The notes below the pieces were generated by a model that had not been told where the DNA came from, did no database searches, and saw only the letters and a program-made list of their open reading frames with translations. A stretch of 64,000 nucleotides of DNA from an uncultured delta proteobacterium (GTDB lineage Bacteria > Myxococcota > Myxococcia > SLRQ01): contig CAVSGM010000002.1 in the NCBI GenBank assembly GCA_963727485.1, positions 1,280,001 to 1,344,000 of the forward strand, read 5' to 3'. Shown piece after piece: positions 48,163-57,705 of the stretch; the first letter of the stretch is position 1, and every line of letters begins with the position of its first letter. A program made the translations under genes and the position numbers.

Positions 48163-49144
48163 CTAGGCGGTCCGCGCCGCCCCCGCCACCGGCGCCTCGG
48201 GCGCCACCTCCGCCGCCGCCTCCGAGGCCGCGGGCCGGGCGAGGATCGCCGCCGCGGTGAGCACCAGGACCAGCCACAGGACCTGGGCGAGGAGCAGGTG
48301 GACCACCTGGAGCCACCCGGGCGCGGCCAGGGCGATGTTGAGGATGCCGGCGCCGAGCTCGAGGCCCACCGAGATCATCAGCAGGGTCGGCAGCCGCCCC
48401 CCGAGGCGCCGGTGCTTGAGCCACCCCCCGAGGTAGAGGAGCAGCGCCCCCACGACCACCGCCAGGATGGGGTGGAGGACCCGCAGGCGCATGAGGAAGT
48501 TCGCCGTGGGCGAGAGGTCGGTGCGCAGGTGGCCCATGACCCCCGCCGCCGCCGAGGGCGGGAAGAGGGTGTCGCCCAGGGCGGTGATGGCCCCGGCCAT
48601 GCCCAGGAGCGCCACGGCGACGAGGGCCAGGGCGAGCAGCCAGCGCTCGAATCCCGTGGCCGCGCCACCTTGGGGCGGGGACGCCCTGGGACCACCAGGC
48701 GGCGAGCCCCGCGGCGCCGATGAGCACCAGGGTGTTGACCAGGTGGAGCGAGATGACCACCGCCCGGGCCTCGGAGGCGTTGTTGAGCACCAGGCCCTTG
48801 AGCACCAGCCCGGCGCCCACCGCCGCCTCCACCAGCAGGAAGAAGAAGGTCACCGCCGAGGCCCAGGTCACCCGGTGGGCCCGGAACCGCCGCGCCGCCC
48901 AGATGAGGAGCACCAGGCCGAAGATCCCCGAGAGCCCGCTGGTGACCCGGTGGGTGTACTCGATGATCCGCTCCACCGAGGGGTTCATCGGGATCACCTG
49001 CCCGTCGCACAGGGGCCAGTGGCTCCCGCAGCCGGCGCCCGAGTGGCTGATGCGCACCCAGGCCCCGAAGAGGATCACGAAGACCAGGTAGGCGAGGAAG
49101 ACCCAGGCGTACCGGGTGAAGGCGCGGGAGGCTTTGGCGACCAT
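48163..49144 (-). CDS. COX15/CtaA heme A synthase-family protein; apparent frameshift near 48650
   Basis: GAWVRISHSGAGCGSHWPLCDG, IEYTHR, HP..A, VHLLLA. Confidence 0.85.
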
Positions 49145-49191
49145 GAGCGCCCTTGTAGATCCATCGCCCGGTGAGCGCGAGGGGCGCCGCC

Positions 49192-49599
49192 TCAGGTACG
49201 GGTGCGCCGGCGGAACGCGTCCACCGAGAGGCCGTCGTCGGCGAAGCGGGCGAGGAGCAGGTAGTAGACCAGCAGGTAGACCAGCTGGGTGCCAAGGACC
49301 GGCCAGTCCTGCTTGAGGGCGGTGCCGGTGACCAGGAGGATCATCAGCCCCATGCCCGCGACCAGGGCCTTGCGGCCGTAGAGGCCCAGGGTGAGGAGGA
49401 GGCCGATGCCCGCCTCGGCGATGGGGATGGCGCCGGCGACGAGGTGGACCAGGCCCAGGGGCAGGGCGGTCTTGGCGAAGCCCTGGGTGAGGCCGTCGGC
49501 GAAGGCGGTGAGGTGGGGCAGGCGCACCAGGCCATGGAGGAGGATGTCGATCCCCAGGGCGAGGCGCAGGAGGCCGTGGGCGAGCTGGCGGTCGGTCAT
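49192..49599 (-). CDS. DoxX-family membrane protein
   Basis: LLRLALGIDILLHGLVR..EAGIGLLLTLGL. Confidence 0.8.
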   Translation of the reverse strand: MTDRQLAHGLLRLALGIDILLHGLVRLPHLTAFADGLTQGFAKTALPLGLVHLVAGAIPIAEAGIGLLLTLGLYGRKALVAGMGLMILLVTGTALKQDWPVLGTQLVYLLVYYLLLARFADDGLSVDAFRRRTRT

Positions 49600-49799
49600 G
49601 GCCGGTGAAGCTAGGGCCGGCCAGGGCCCGGCGCCCGACGGTCGGCGGGGGCCGCGGGTCGCGGATTCCTGAGGGAGACGGGGATCCTCGAGGGCGGCCC
49701 ACCGGGGCGGTGAACGGGATTCCGGGGGGTTGGGCGCCCCGGGGCCCTGGAACGGGCCTTGCTCCCGTGGGAGGCTCGAGTCCACCCTGGAGGCCTCCG

Positions 49800-50474
49800 A
49801 TGATCCGCACCCCGCCCCCCCACGCCCACGTCCCGCGCCGCGCCCGCGTCGCCCGGCGCCTTCGCGCGCCCGCCCTCGGCGTCCTCGCCGGCGCCCTGGT
49901 CGCCCTGGCCTTCGCCGGCTGCGGGAGCCTGGCGGTGGTCGGCGCCCACGACGGGAGCGGGAACGGCCAGGGGGGCGACGGAGGCGTGGCCGATGGCGGC
50001 GTGGCCGATGGCGGCGTCGCCGATGGCGGGGCCGCCGGGGACGGGGGCGTGATCCTCGACGGCGGCACCCACGATGGCGGCGCCCTCGGCGACGGGGGCG
50101 ACACCGACGGCGGCGGCAGCACCCTGCGGTGCCGCACCGACGCCGACTGCCCCACAGGCCAGCTCTGCCAGAGCCACTGCCCGGTCTGCGACACCGACGC
50201 CGGCCCCTGCCCCGGGACCCCCTGCTACCTGGCGTGCACCCCGCAACCGAACTGCGGCGACCTCACCTGCACCCCGGACCAGGTCTGCGTCATCGGCGAG
50301 GGCGGCGCGGTCCTCGGCGACGGCGGCGCCAACGTGACCTACACCTGCGAGAGCTACCCGGCCCAGTGCCAGACCGTGGCCGCGTGCGACTGCGTGGGCC
50401 GGGCCATCTGCGGGGTGGCGAGCCAGACCGACTGCTCCGGGACGATCCCGGTGGTCACCTGCCAGTACCCGTGA
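49800..50474 (+). CDS. Cys-rich lipoprotein with GGVAD/DGG repeats
   Basis: Lipobox FAGC, low-complexity DGG linker, C-terminal domain with many Cys. Confidence 0.7.
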   Translation: MIRTPPPHAHVPRRARVARRLRAPALGVLAGALVALAFAGCGSLAVVGAHDGSGNGQGGDGGVADGGVADGGVADGGAAGDGGVILDGGTHDGGALGDGGDTDGGGSTLRCRTDADCPTGQLCQSHCPVCDTDAGPCPGTPCYLACTPQPNCGDLTCTPDQVCVIGEGGAVLGDGGANVTYTCESYPAQCQTVAACDCVGRAICGVASQTDCSGTIPVVTCQYP

Positions 50475-50541
50475 GGCCCGGGCCCCCGCGCGACCGGCTC
50501 CGGCGCGCGACCGGCGCGACCCTGCACCATCGGCCGCGTGG

Positions 50542-51033
50542 TCACCCGCGCTGCACCGCGATGTCGTGGACGCAGGTGTCGCAGATGGCGACCTTGGGCC
50601 CGGCGACGAGGCGGTGGACCTGGTCCCGGCCCCGGCCGCAGTAGCCGCAGCGGTCGGTGCGCGGCGGGCCATACCAGTCGACGTCCGGGGGCGGCGGCGG
50701 CGGCGCGGGCGGCGCCTCGGGGGTGGAGGACGCGGCGCCGAAGCGGGGGACGGCGGTGCCGTCGGTGGCCGGGCCGGTGACGCCGCCGGCCGCCGCGACC
50801 TCCGGCGGGTCGTCGGCGACGTCCTCGGCGTCCTCCCCGGAGAGCACCCGCAGGCACCGGTCGATGCACCGATCGCAGATGTGCCGCCCCGGCTCCCCGG
50901 CGAGCCACCCGGTCTCCTCGGGCCGCCGCCCGCAGAACACGCAGAGATCCCGCGCGGGCTCCAGGCGCCCGGGGCAGTCCGGGTAGTGGGGCCGGAAGAG
51001 GTGGGCCCCACAGTGCGGGCAGTCGAAGAGCAC
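50542..51033 (-). CDS. Protein with two ClpX-type C4 zinc fingers
   Basis: CVFCGR..HICDRC and CGYCGR..LVAGPKVAICDTCV. Confidence 0.65.
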   Translation of the reverse strand: MLFDCPHCGAHLFRPHYPDCPGRLEPARDLCVFCGRRPEETGWLAGEPGRHICDRCIDRCLRVLSGEDAEDVADDPPEVAAAGGVTGPATDGTAVPRFGAASSTPEAPPAPPPPPPDVDWYGPPRTDRCGYCGRGRDQVHRLVAGPKVAICDTCVHDIAVQRG

Positions 51034-51040
51034 GGGGCCG

Positions 51041-51145
51041 TCAGGGGGTCGGGTCGGCGAGGGCCTCGAGGCCGGCGGGGTGCGCCGGGAGCGGGGGCTC
51101 GATATCCAGCGGCGGCCGGGTGTAGGTGAGGGAGATGGGGAACAT
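51041..51145 (-). pseudogene. YciI-like N-terminal fragment
   Basis: MFPISLTYTRPPLDIEPPLPAH resembles YciI N-termini and is truncated at 34 aa. Confidence 0.4.
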
Positions 51146-51260
51146 GCGCAGATCCCGGGGGCGGTCTGGAGCCAGCTTGGAGCGAAGCGGACCCGGCGGC
51201 AAGGACCAGGGGGTTCTCCCTGGGTGGAATCCGCAGTCTCCCCGGGGCCATGCTGTCCAG

Positions 51261-52086
51261 ATGACCTGGCAGGCCGAGCTCCACGCCACCCTCGAGGGCC
51301 TGGTCCACGAGCGGGTGGCGCGCCACAACGAGGCGGTGGCCCAGGGCCTCCCGGACACGACGATGCTGCTCGCCGAGGGGTTCACCGGGACCGAGCACGC
51401 CCCCTGGCTTCCGGGGGGGGAGTTCCGCGGCATCGGCGGCGGGGTGCCGGTGCCCTGGCGCCTCGACGGGCTCCTCGTCCTCCCGCGCAGCCCGGACGAG
51501 GGCGTGGTCGCCGCGCGGATGCACCTTTCCGCCGCCGGTCCCGACGCGCCGGCGACCGGGGCGCTCTTCCTCGGGACCTGGGTGCGCCAGCACGGCGCGT
51601 GGCGCCTCCTCCGGCACCGGGCGGAGCTGGCGCGCCTCACCGAGCCCGAGCCCGCCTGGGCGGCGCGCACCCGGGCGGAGTTGAGCGCCCTCATCCGCCG
51701 GTGGATCGAGGAGCAGACCCTCCTGTGGCAGACCGGCCGCCTGGACCCGGCGACGGTGAGCCGCCGCTACACCGCGAGCCTCGTCCCCGAGCAGTACGCC
51801 GAGTGGCACCCCGGCGGGGTGTGGCGCGGGACCGGCGCCGAGTGGGTCGCGTCCACGGTCGAGGAGGCCCGGAAGGTCGCGGGCCACGACTGGCGCTGGC
51901 GCCTCGAGGGCGAGCTCATGCTCCCCCGCAGCGACGACGAGGCGGCGGTCGCCTACCAGCTCGGCCTGGCCCACGGCCTCGACGCCGACGCCCCGCGCTC
52001 CCGGGGGATCTACCTGGAGACCTGGGTGCGCCAGGACGGGGGCTGGACCCTCCACCGGCACCTCGGCGAGCTCGCCTGGATTCTAG
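51261..52086 (+). CDS. Tandem NTF2/DUF4440-like domain protein (stop uncertain)
   Basis: Internal duplication: LPRSPDE..FLGTWVRQHGAWRLLRH and LPRSDDE..YLETWVRQDGGWTLHRH. Confidence 0.65.
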
Positions 52087-52733
52087 CGCCCGGGCTTGGC
52101 CGCCGGCTTCGGCGCCCGCTCTGGCCCCTTGGTCCGCCGCGCCGGGCGGCGCACCGGCGTCTCCTGGGCGCTCACCGCCTTCCAGGCCCCGTGGCGGTAC
52201 TGGAACACGTCGGTGAACACGGTCCGGTGCACCAGCCGACCGTGGGCGTCCCGGGCATCGACCCGGCCGTTGACCACCGCCACCGCGTCGCCCAGGAGGC
52301 GGATCTTCAGGGCGGAGAAGCCCCGGCGCAGCTTGGGGTCGGGGGGGTGCCGGGCGAACCAGGCGAGCTGCCCGGCCCGGTCGAGGAGGACGCCCGCGGC
52401 CACCGGGTGCACGAAGTCCGGGGCGAGGATCGGCGCCAGCTGCTTGACGGTGGTGGCGCGCAGCCACGCCGCCTCGAGGTGGAGCACCGCCCGGATCCGC
52501 GCGTGCTGGGCCGGGGTGACCCCGCGGCGCGTCGCGGCGCCGTGGGCCGGGGCCCTGGCGGGCGCCGGGGACTTCAGGGACGCGGCGCCGGCGTCGCCGG
52601 CGGCCTCGGCGGGCGGGGGGCCCCCGGCGAGGGCCGGGAGGGCGACGAGGAGGACGGCCCCGGTGACGGCGGCGCGCACGGCGGCGCGGAGGGTGGCAGG
52701 GGCGACGGCGCGGGCGGGGCGAGGTGAGCGCAT
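52083..52733 (-). CDS. Secreted NTF2/DUF4440-family protein
   Basis: Signal peptide; LAPILAPDFVH..GDAVAVVNG..FTDVFQYRHGAWKAVSAQET. Confidence 0.75.
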   Translation of the reverse strand: MRSPRPARAVAPATLRAAVRAAVTGAVLLVALPALAGGPPPAEAAGDAGAASLKSPAPARAPAHGAATRRGVTPAQHARIRAVLHLEAAWLRATTVKQLAPILAPDFVHPVAAGVLLDRAGQLAWFARHPPDPKLRRGFSALKIRLLGDAVAVVNGRVDARDAHGRLVHRTVFTDVFQYRHGAWKAVSAQETPVRRPARRTKGPERAPKPAAKPGR

Positions 52734-52746
52734 GCCCTCCGTATCC

Positions 52747-54219
52747 CTAGCCGCCCGCCGGGCTCCAGGGCACCGAGACCACCCACAGCCCCGGCGGCAC
52801 CGCGGTCACCCGGCTCCCGGGCACCCGCCAGGCGTTCGGGCTCGCGGTGATCACCGCCCGGACCCCGTGGGCCTTCATCCACCCGGCCCGCGCCGCCCCG
52901 CCCGGGACGTCGTCGTCGTAGAAGTCCGGGCGGGCGTGGCCCATGTACACCGTCCCCGGCAGGTCGTAGGCGACGTAGGGCCCCACGTCGCTGACCACCG
53001 GGGCATCGCCGGCGATCCGGTGGGCCACCTTGGCGGCGGCGGCGAAGCGCCGGTGGCCCTCGAAGAGGTCGAGGCGCGCCGCGTGGAGCCGGCCCACCTG
53101 GAAGCCGTAGCCGGCGCACACCCCGGCGGCGACCCAGGCCAAAGCCAGCGCCCCCCGCCGGCGCCCCACCCGCTCCCCGAGCTCGCCGAGGCCCAGGGCG
53201 AGGACGAGGGCCGCCAGCGGGATCACCACGTCGATGAACCGCTCGTAGCGGTAGAACCAGAAGGCGTGGAGCGCCGCGTAGCCGGTGAACCCGAGGGCCA
53301 CCGTGCGCCGCCACCCCCGGGCGGTCAGCGCCAGCACCAGCCCCGTCAGCCACAGCACCTCCACCCCGAACTGCGCCGCCTGGAGCGCCGGGGGCATGAA
53401 CGCCCGGTAGAGGCGCCACTGGGCGATCTCCTCGAGGGTCGGGTGGTAGGGCCCCTCGACGAGGGTGCGGAAGGTGAGCGGCCAGTCGATCTCGTGGAGG
53501 TGTCGGCCGAGGACCCCGAGGTAGCCCACCGTGTGGTCCGAAGGCGGGAGGTGGGCGTGGAGCCAGAGGCGGTGGGCGCCCTCGGGGAGGAGCACCAGCG
53601 CCACCCCGGCGGCGACGAGGCCCCACCGCCCCCGGAGCCGCGGCCAGGCGACGGCCAGCACCACCGGGGCCACGAGCCACCCCTCCACCCGGGTGAAGGC
53701 CGAAAGCCCCGCGAGGGCCGCGGCGGCGAGCCCCAGCCACGCCGCCCCCCGGGCCCGGAAGCCGAAGGCGAGGTCCACCGCCCACAACGCGCAGGCGGCG
53801 AGGAGCACCTCGGCCATGGGGATCGCGTGCCACTGGAGCCACACCGGGTCGAGGACCGTCAGGGCGAAGGCCAAAAGGCGCCAGGACGCCTCGAGCTCCA
53901 GGCGCCCGAGCAGCCGCCACACCGCCCACGCCGCGAGCGCCTGGGCCACCGCGTTGCCCACGATCCACCCGTGGGGACCGAAGAGGGCGAGGAACGGCGC
54001 CAGCCACACCGCGTACCCCGAGGAGAAGATCCGGTCGTAGCCGCCGTTCCAGGTGAGGTGGAGCCCGAGGCCCCGGGCGAGCTGCCGCGCCTTCACCAGG
54101 TAGAAGTAGCTGTCGATGGTGAAGGTGCGGGTGTGGGCGCCGTTGAACGCCAGCACCGCGACGCTCGCCCCGGTGAGCGCCGCCGCCGAGACCGGCCCGA
54201 GCCATCGTCCCCTCGCCAT
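52747..54219 (-). CDS. Multi-pass membrane protein, GT-C (PMT/ArnT-like) glycosyltransferase-like
   Basis: DSYFY after TM1, GY..WLAP, MAE, TRVEG, ERF; many hydrophobic helices. Confidence 0.55.
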   Translation of the reverse strand: MARGRWLGPVSAAALTGASVAVLAFNGAHTRTFTIDSYFYLVKARQLARGLGLHLTWNGGYDRIFSSGYAVWLAPFLALFGPHGWIVGNAVAQALAAWAVWRLLGRLELEASWRLLAFALTVLDPVWLQWHAIPMAEVLLAACALWAVDLAFGFRARGAAWLGLAAAALAGLSAFTRVEGWLVAPVVLAVAWPRLRGRWGLVAAGVALVLLPEGAHRLWLHAHLPPSDHTVGYLGVLGRHLHEIDWPLTFRTLVEGPYHPTLEEIAQWRLYRAFMPPALQAAQFGVEVLWLTGLVLALTARGWRRTVALGFTGYAALHAFWFYRYERFIDVVIPLAALVLALGLGELGERVGRRRGALALAWVAAGVCAGYGFQVGRLHAARLDLFEGHRRFAAAAKVAHRIAGDAPVVSDVGPYVAYDLPGTVYMGHARPDFYDDDVPGGAARAGWMKAHGVRAVITASPNAWRVPGSRVTAVPPGLWVVSVPWSPAGG

Positions 54220-54267
54220 CCCCTGACCGCTACCGCGCCGCGGCCCGGGGGCACAAGCGCCCGGACG

Positions 54268-54302
54268 AAAAACGCCCCCGAGGCCCGAAGGCCCCAGGGG
54301 CG
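54268..54302 (-). terminator. Rho-independent terminator after the sigma factor gene
   Basis: Minus strand CGCCCCTGGGGCC-TTCG-GGCCTCGGGGGCG followed by TTTTT. Confidence 0.8.
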
Positions 54303-54327
54303 CACCCACTCACTTCAGGAAAGGGAA

Positions 54328-55212
54328 TCAGGCGCAGCCGAGGCAGACCGAGGGCTCGCCGGCGGTCATCGGCTGGTGGTCCTCGAGGTCGGCGAGCTCG
54401 TCCCGGAGCTTGCGCAGGGCCTCGCGCTCGATCTGGCGGACCCGCTCGCGCGAGAGGTGGAGGTCCTCGCCAATCTGCCACAGGTAGCGCGGCTCGTCGG
54501 TGAGCAGCCGGTTCTCCACCACGAAGCGCTGGCGCTCGTTGAGGCGCTCGATGGCGGCGTAGATCCGCTCGGCGAGCTCGTCGTGGCTCTCGGCCCACTC
54601 CACCGCCCGGGCCGGCGAGGGGGTCCCGTCGGAGACGAAGTCCACCAGCCGGTCGAACTCCTCGTCGCCGACGGTGACGTCGAGGCTGGAGTCCTGGGAG
54701 CTGATCCGCGGCATCACGCTCGCCAGGTCCTTGGTGGAGACCCCGAGGCGCTCGGAGAGCAGGGTGAGCTCGTCGGTGTCGTCGGTGAGCCCCTCGCGGC
54801 GCAGGTCGCGCCTCGCCTTGGCCAGCCCGAAGAAGACCTTGCGGTCGGCGCGGCGGGTCCCGAGGCGCACCAGGCTCCAGGAGCGGAGGATGAAGGCGTG
54901 GATGTAGGCGCGGATCCACCACACCGCGTAGGTCGTCAGCCGGACCCCGCGGTCGGGGTCGAACTTCTCCACCGCGCGGATGAGGCCCATGTTCCCCTCC
55001 TGCACCAGGTCGGCGAAGGAGAGGCGGTAGCGCAGGTACTCCCGGGCGACCTTCACCACGAAGCGCAGGTTGGCGGTCACCAGGCGGTGGCCGGCGACGG
55101 CGTCCTGCTCATCGCGGAACCGGTAGGCCAGCGCCCGCTCGTCCTCGGGCGAGAGCAGCGGGTAGTGGCCGATCTGGCTCAGGTAGGTATCGAATCCGGC
55201 TTCGGCGGACAT
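54328..55212 (-). CDS. RNA polymerase sigma factor, sigma32/RpoH-like
   Basis: ANLRFVVKVA, DLVQEGNMGL, YAVWWIRAYI, RpoH-box-like RKVFFGL, SRERVRQIE. Confidence 0.88.
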   Translation of the reverse strand: MSAEAGFDTYLSQIGHYPLLSPEDERALAYRFRDEQDAVAGHRLVTANLRFVVKVAREYLRYRLSFADLVQEGNMGLIRAVEKFDPDRGVRLTTYAVWWIRAYIHAFILRSWSLVRLGTRRADRKVFFGLAKARRDLRREGLTDDTDELTLLSERLGVSTKDLASVMPRISSQDSSLDVTVGDEEFDRLVDFVSDGTPSPARAVEWAESHDELAERIYAAIERLNERQRFVVENRLLTDEPRYLWQIGEDLHLSRERVRQIEREALRKLRDELADLEDHQPMTAGEPSVCLGCA

Positions 55213-55235
55213 CGTTGGTCTCCTTGACGGGGGCG

Positions 55236-55619
55236 CTAGTGCAGCGTCCGGGCGCCATTCAGGCTTTCGACCAGGTCGTCATAGGGAAGGGGCTTGACGA
55301 ACCACTGCCGGGGGTGGACCCCGAAGGCCTCGAGGGCCGAGGTCAGGGTCCGGCCAGGGGTCACGGAGTAGAGCTGGGCCGCCGGGAAGCGGGACCGGAC
55401 CTCATCGAGGAGGTGGAGGAGCCAGGGCTCGATCTCCCGGTGCACCGAGACCACCACGTCGAGGTCATCGAGGCCCTCGAGGCTGGCGCCGTCGGCGCCC
55501 ACCGCCTGCACCTCGAACCCGTCGCCCTCGAGGAGGGAGGCCAGGGCGCTGCGCGCCGCCGGGTCCCCGTCGAGGACCAGGACCCGGCGCCGGGGGAAGT
55601 CTGGATGGGAGACGATCAC
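55236..55619 (-). CDS. Atypical response-regulator receiver-like protein
   Basis: VLVLDGD..DVVVSV..FVKP receiver pattern without the phospho-acceptor Asp; start placed after the sigma54 site. Confidence 0.55.
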   Translation of the reverse strand: MIVSHPDFPRRRVLVLDGDPAARSALASLLEGDGFEVQAVGADGASLEGLDDLDVVVSVHREIEPWLLHLLDEVRSRFPAAQLYSVTPGRTLTSALEAFGVHPRQWFVKPLPYDDLVESLNGARTLH

Positions 55620-55631
55620 GCTGGGGGAAGC

Positions 55632-55647
55632 AGCAACCCTCATGCCA
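55632..55647 (-). promoter_or_regulatory. Sigma54 promoter (near consensus) for the receiver/sigma factor operon
   Basis: TGGCATGAGGGTTGCT. Confidence 0.75.
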
Positions 55648-55830
55648 GCGGCGGAGGCGTCCGGGATCATTGGGGTCGGGTCCTGGGGCGGTCCCTGGGG
55701 GCCCATCCGGATCCCGGTCGTGGACGCAATCGGTGCGCCTCGCGCCAGAGCTGCCTGCACCGGGTGCACCCAATGCGGCCTGGGGCCCGAAAATCCCCCG
55801 GTTTCCGCGGGCGGTGTCCAGGCCTGGGTC

Positions 55831-55846
55831 CGGCATGGGGTCTGCA
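55831..55846 (+). promoter_or_regulatory. Sigma54 promoter candidate for the CBS gene
   Basis: CGGCATGGGGTCTGCA (GG-N10-GC). Confidence 0.5.
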
Positions 55847-55937
55847 GATCCTGCCGGCGGGGGGCTGGCCCGCGGGACCGGCGCGCCGGATGGGTGCGTC
55901 CGGGGCGGGCGTGGCGGCGCCCCGAAGGAGAGCCGCC

Positions 55938-56754
55938 ATGCTGGTCCGCGACGCGATGAACCGCGGGGTGATGACCATCCGCGAGGACGAGCCCTTCTCG
56001 CTCGCAGTGCAGATGATGCTCTGGGCCGGGGTGCGCCACCTCCCGGTGATGCGCGAGGGCAAGGTGGTGGGCCTGGTGAGCGAGCGGGACATCCTCCGCT
56101 TCCGCGCCGACCAGCCCGCGGACAGGCCCGCTGGAGCGCCCGGTGAGCGAGGCGATGGTGGCCCCGGTGGCCTGGGCGGACCCCGAGGAGGACCTCACCG
56201 AGGCGGTGGCCCGCTTCGCCGACTCGAAGGTCGGCTGCCTGCCCGTCCTCTCCAAGGGCGACCTGGTCGGCATCCTCTCGATCATCGACGTCCTGGCGCA
56301 CCAGGTGCGGACCGCCCTGGGCGAGGGCGCCGAGATCGGCCCCCGGGTCCAGGACCTGATGACCCCCGAGCCCCTCACCGTCCGCGCCGACGACTACCTC
56401 CTCGACGCCGCCGCGCGGATGAGCCAGGCGGGCATCCGCCACCTGCCGGTGATCGACGGCGACGGAAGGCTCCTGGGCATGCTCGGCGACCGGGAGGTCC
56501 GCGTCGCCGTGGGCAACCCCCAGCGCTTCCTCGACGAGAAGGCGACCCAGGTGAAGATCCAGTCCATGCGGGTGCGCGACGCCATGGTCCGCCAGCCGCT
56601 CAAGGTGAACCCCGACTCGCCCCTCTCGCTCCTGCTCACCGCCTTCACCGACTGGCGCATCGGCGCCCTCCCGGTGGTCGACGCCGAGGATCGCCTCCAG
56701 GGCATCGTCTCCTACGTGGACGTTCTCCGGGTGCTCCGGGAGCGGATGGGCTAG
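55938..56754 (+). CDS. Four-CBS-domain protein; apparent frameshift near 56130
   Basis: VRHLPV, IRHLPV and IGALPVVD repeats; AAGGAG RBS; paralog of 58681..59535. Confidence 0.85.
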
Positions 56755-56767
56755 GCTTGCCGCCGCG

Positions 56768-57187
56768 ATGAACGGACCGACGATCCGCCAGTGGATGACC
56801 GCAGCCCCGGTGACCATCGACCGGGACGACACCCTGGAGACCGCCCACCGCCTCATGCGCCGGTGGGCCATCCGGCACCTGCCGGTGGTCGACGGGGATC
56901 AGCTGGTGGGCATCGTCTCCGACCGGGACCTCTCCATCGTCGAGACCCTCTCCAGCGTCGACCCCCAGACCGAGAACATCGAGGAGGCCATGACCTCGGC
57001 GCCCTACACGGTGCACCCGGACGCCCCGGTGGCCGAGGTGGCGCGGGAGATGGCACGGACCCGGTACGGGAGCGCGGTGGTGGTGGAGAACGGGCAGATC
57101 CTGGGCATCTTCACCACCATCGACGCGCTCAACTGTCTCGCCGAGCTCCTGGGGGCGCCGAAGCAGCCGGCGCCGCAGCTCGCGTGA
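56768..57187 (+). CDS. CBS-pair protein
   Basis: IRHLPVVDGDQLVGIVSDRD..GIFTTID. Confidence 0.9.
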   Translation: MNGPTIRQWMTAAPVTIDRDDTLETAHRLMRRWAIRHLPVVDGDQLVGIVSDRDLSIVETLSSVDPQTENIEEAMTSAPYTVHPDAPVAEVAREMARTRYGSAVVVENGQILGIFTTIDALNCLAELLGAPKQPAPQLA

Positions 57188-57446
57188 GCGCCGCCGGGGA
57201 CGCCGCGGCACAGCCTGCCGGGTACGACGCCTCCCCGGCGCGTCTCGTTGCACCCCCCCTCGCCCTCGGAGACGGGCTGTGGGCCTGGAACCACGCTGCG
57301 CTGCGCGAAGCCTGTGCAGAAACGGCCCCGGGCGGGGCAAAATGGGGCGATGCGCCCCGCATGCCGGGGCACGGGTCAGAATGACCCAGGCGGGCGCCAG
57401 GGCCGATCCACCTGGATCCGGGCGGTTGGCCCGACCCCCGGAGATC

Positions 57447-57462
57447 TGGCATCCCCTTCGCA
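57447..57462 (+). promoter_or_regulatory. Sigma54 promoter candidate for a small ORF
   Basis: TGGCATCCCCTTCGCA (GG-N10-GC). Confidence 0.5.
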
Positions 57463-57507
57463 GAAGCTCCCCCTGCCCGGCGGACGGGCCCTATCGAGGA
57501 GGAGCCG

Positions 57508-57639
57508 ATGCAGACCAAGACGCGCAAGGAGCTGGTGGCCGTTCCCTTTGGCGTGGAGATGTGGTCCCTTTACGCCATGAGCCTCTTCGGGGCCCCACCG
57601 CCCCGGACCCTGCCCCCGCCAAGGCACCGCAGCCGCTGA
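57508..57639 (+). CDS. Putative 43-aa small protein
   Basis: GAGGAGGAG RBS; MQTKTRKELVAVPFGVEMWSLYAMSLFGAPPPRTLPPPRHRSR. Confidence 0.45.
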   Translation: MQTKTRKELVAVPFGVEMWSLYAMSLFGAPPPRTLPPPRHRSR

Positions 57640-57705
57640 CCCTTCCCCCGTCTTCCCCCCGGCCCCGCCCGGGGTCCCCTCCAACCCCCCGGGTCCTCGA
57701 CGACC

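Noticed and set aside
49975..50120. GGCGTGGCCGATGGC-type repeats as a non-coding repeat element
   Set aside because: They encode the DGG/GGVAD low-complexity linker of a lipoprotein.
955..55227. Very long alternative-frame ORFs (e.g. 955..3453, 11746..14241, 20436..22979, 52096..55227)
   Set aside because: Pro/Arg/Gly-rich shadow ORFs expected at this GC content; they overlap well-supported genes.
8960..56754. More than a dozen frameshifts (about 9050, 19300, 24408, 25390, 26460-26580, several in hypF, 47010, 47540, 48650, 56130) read as programmed frameshifting or pseudogenisation
   Set aside because: They look like single-base indels scattered across unrelated genes, with no in-frame stops noticed and motifs intact on both sides. 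This fits long-read or low-coverage consensus error best. Read-level checking is needed to exclude real decay of the hyp genes.
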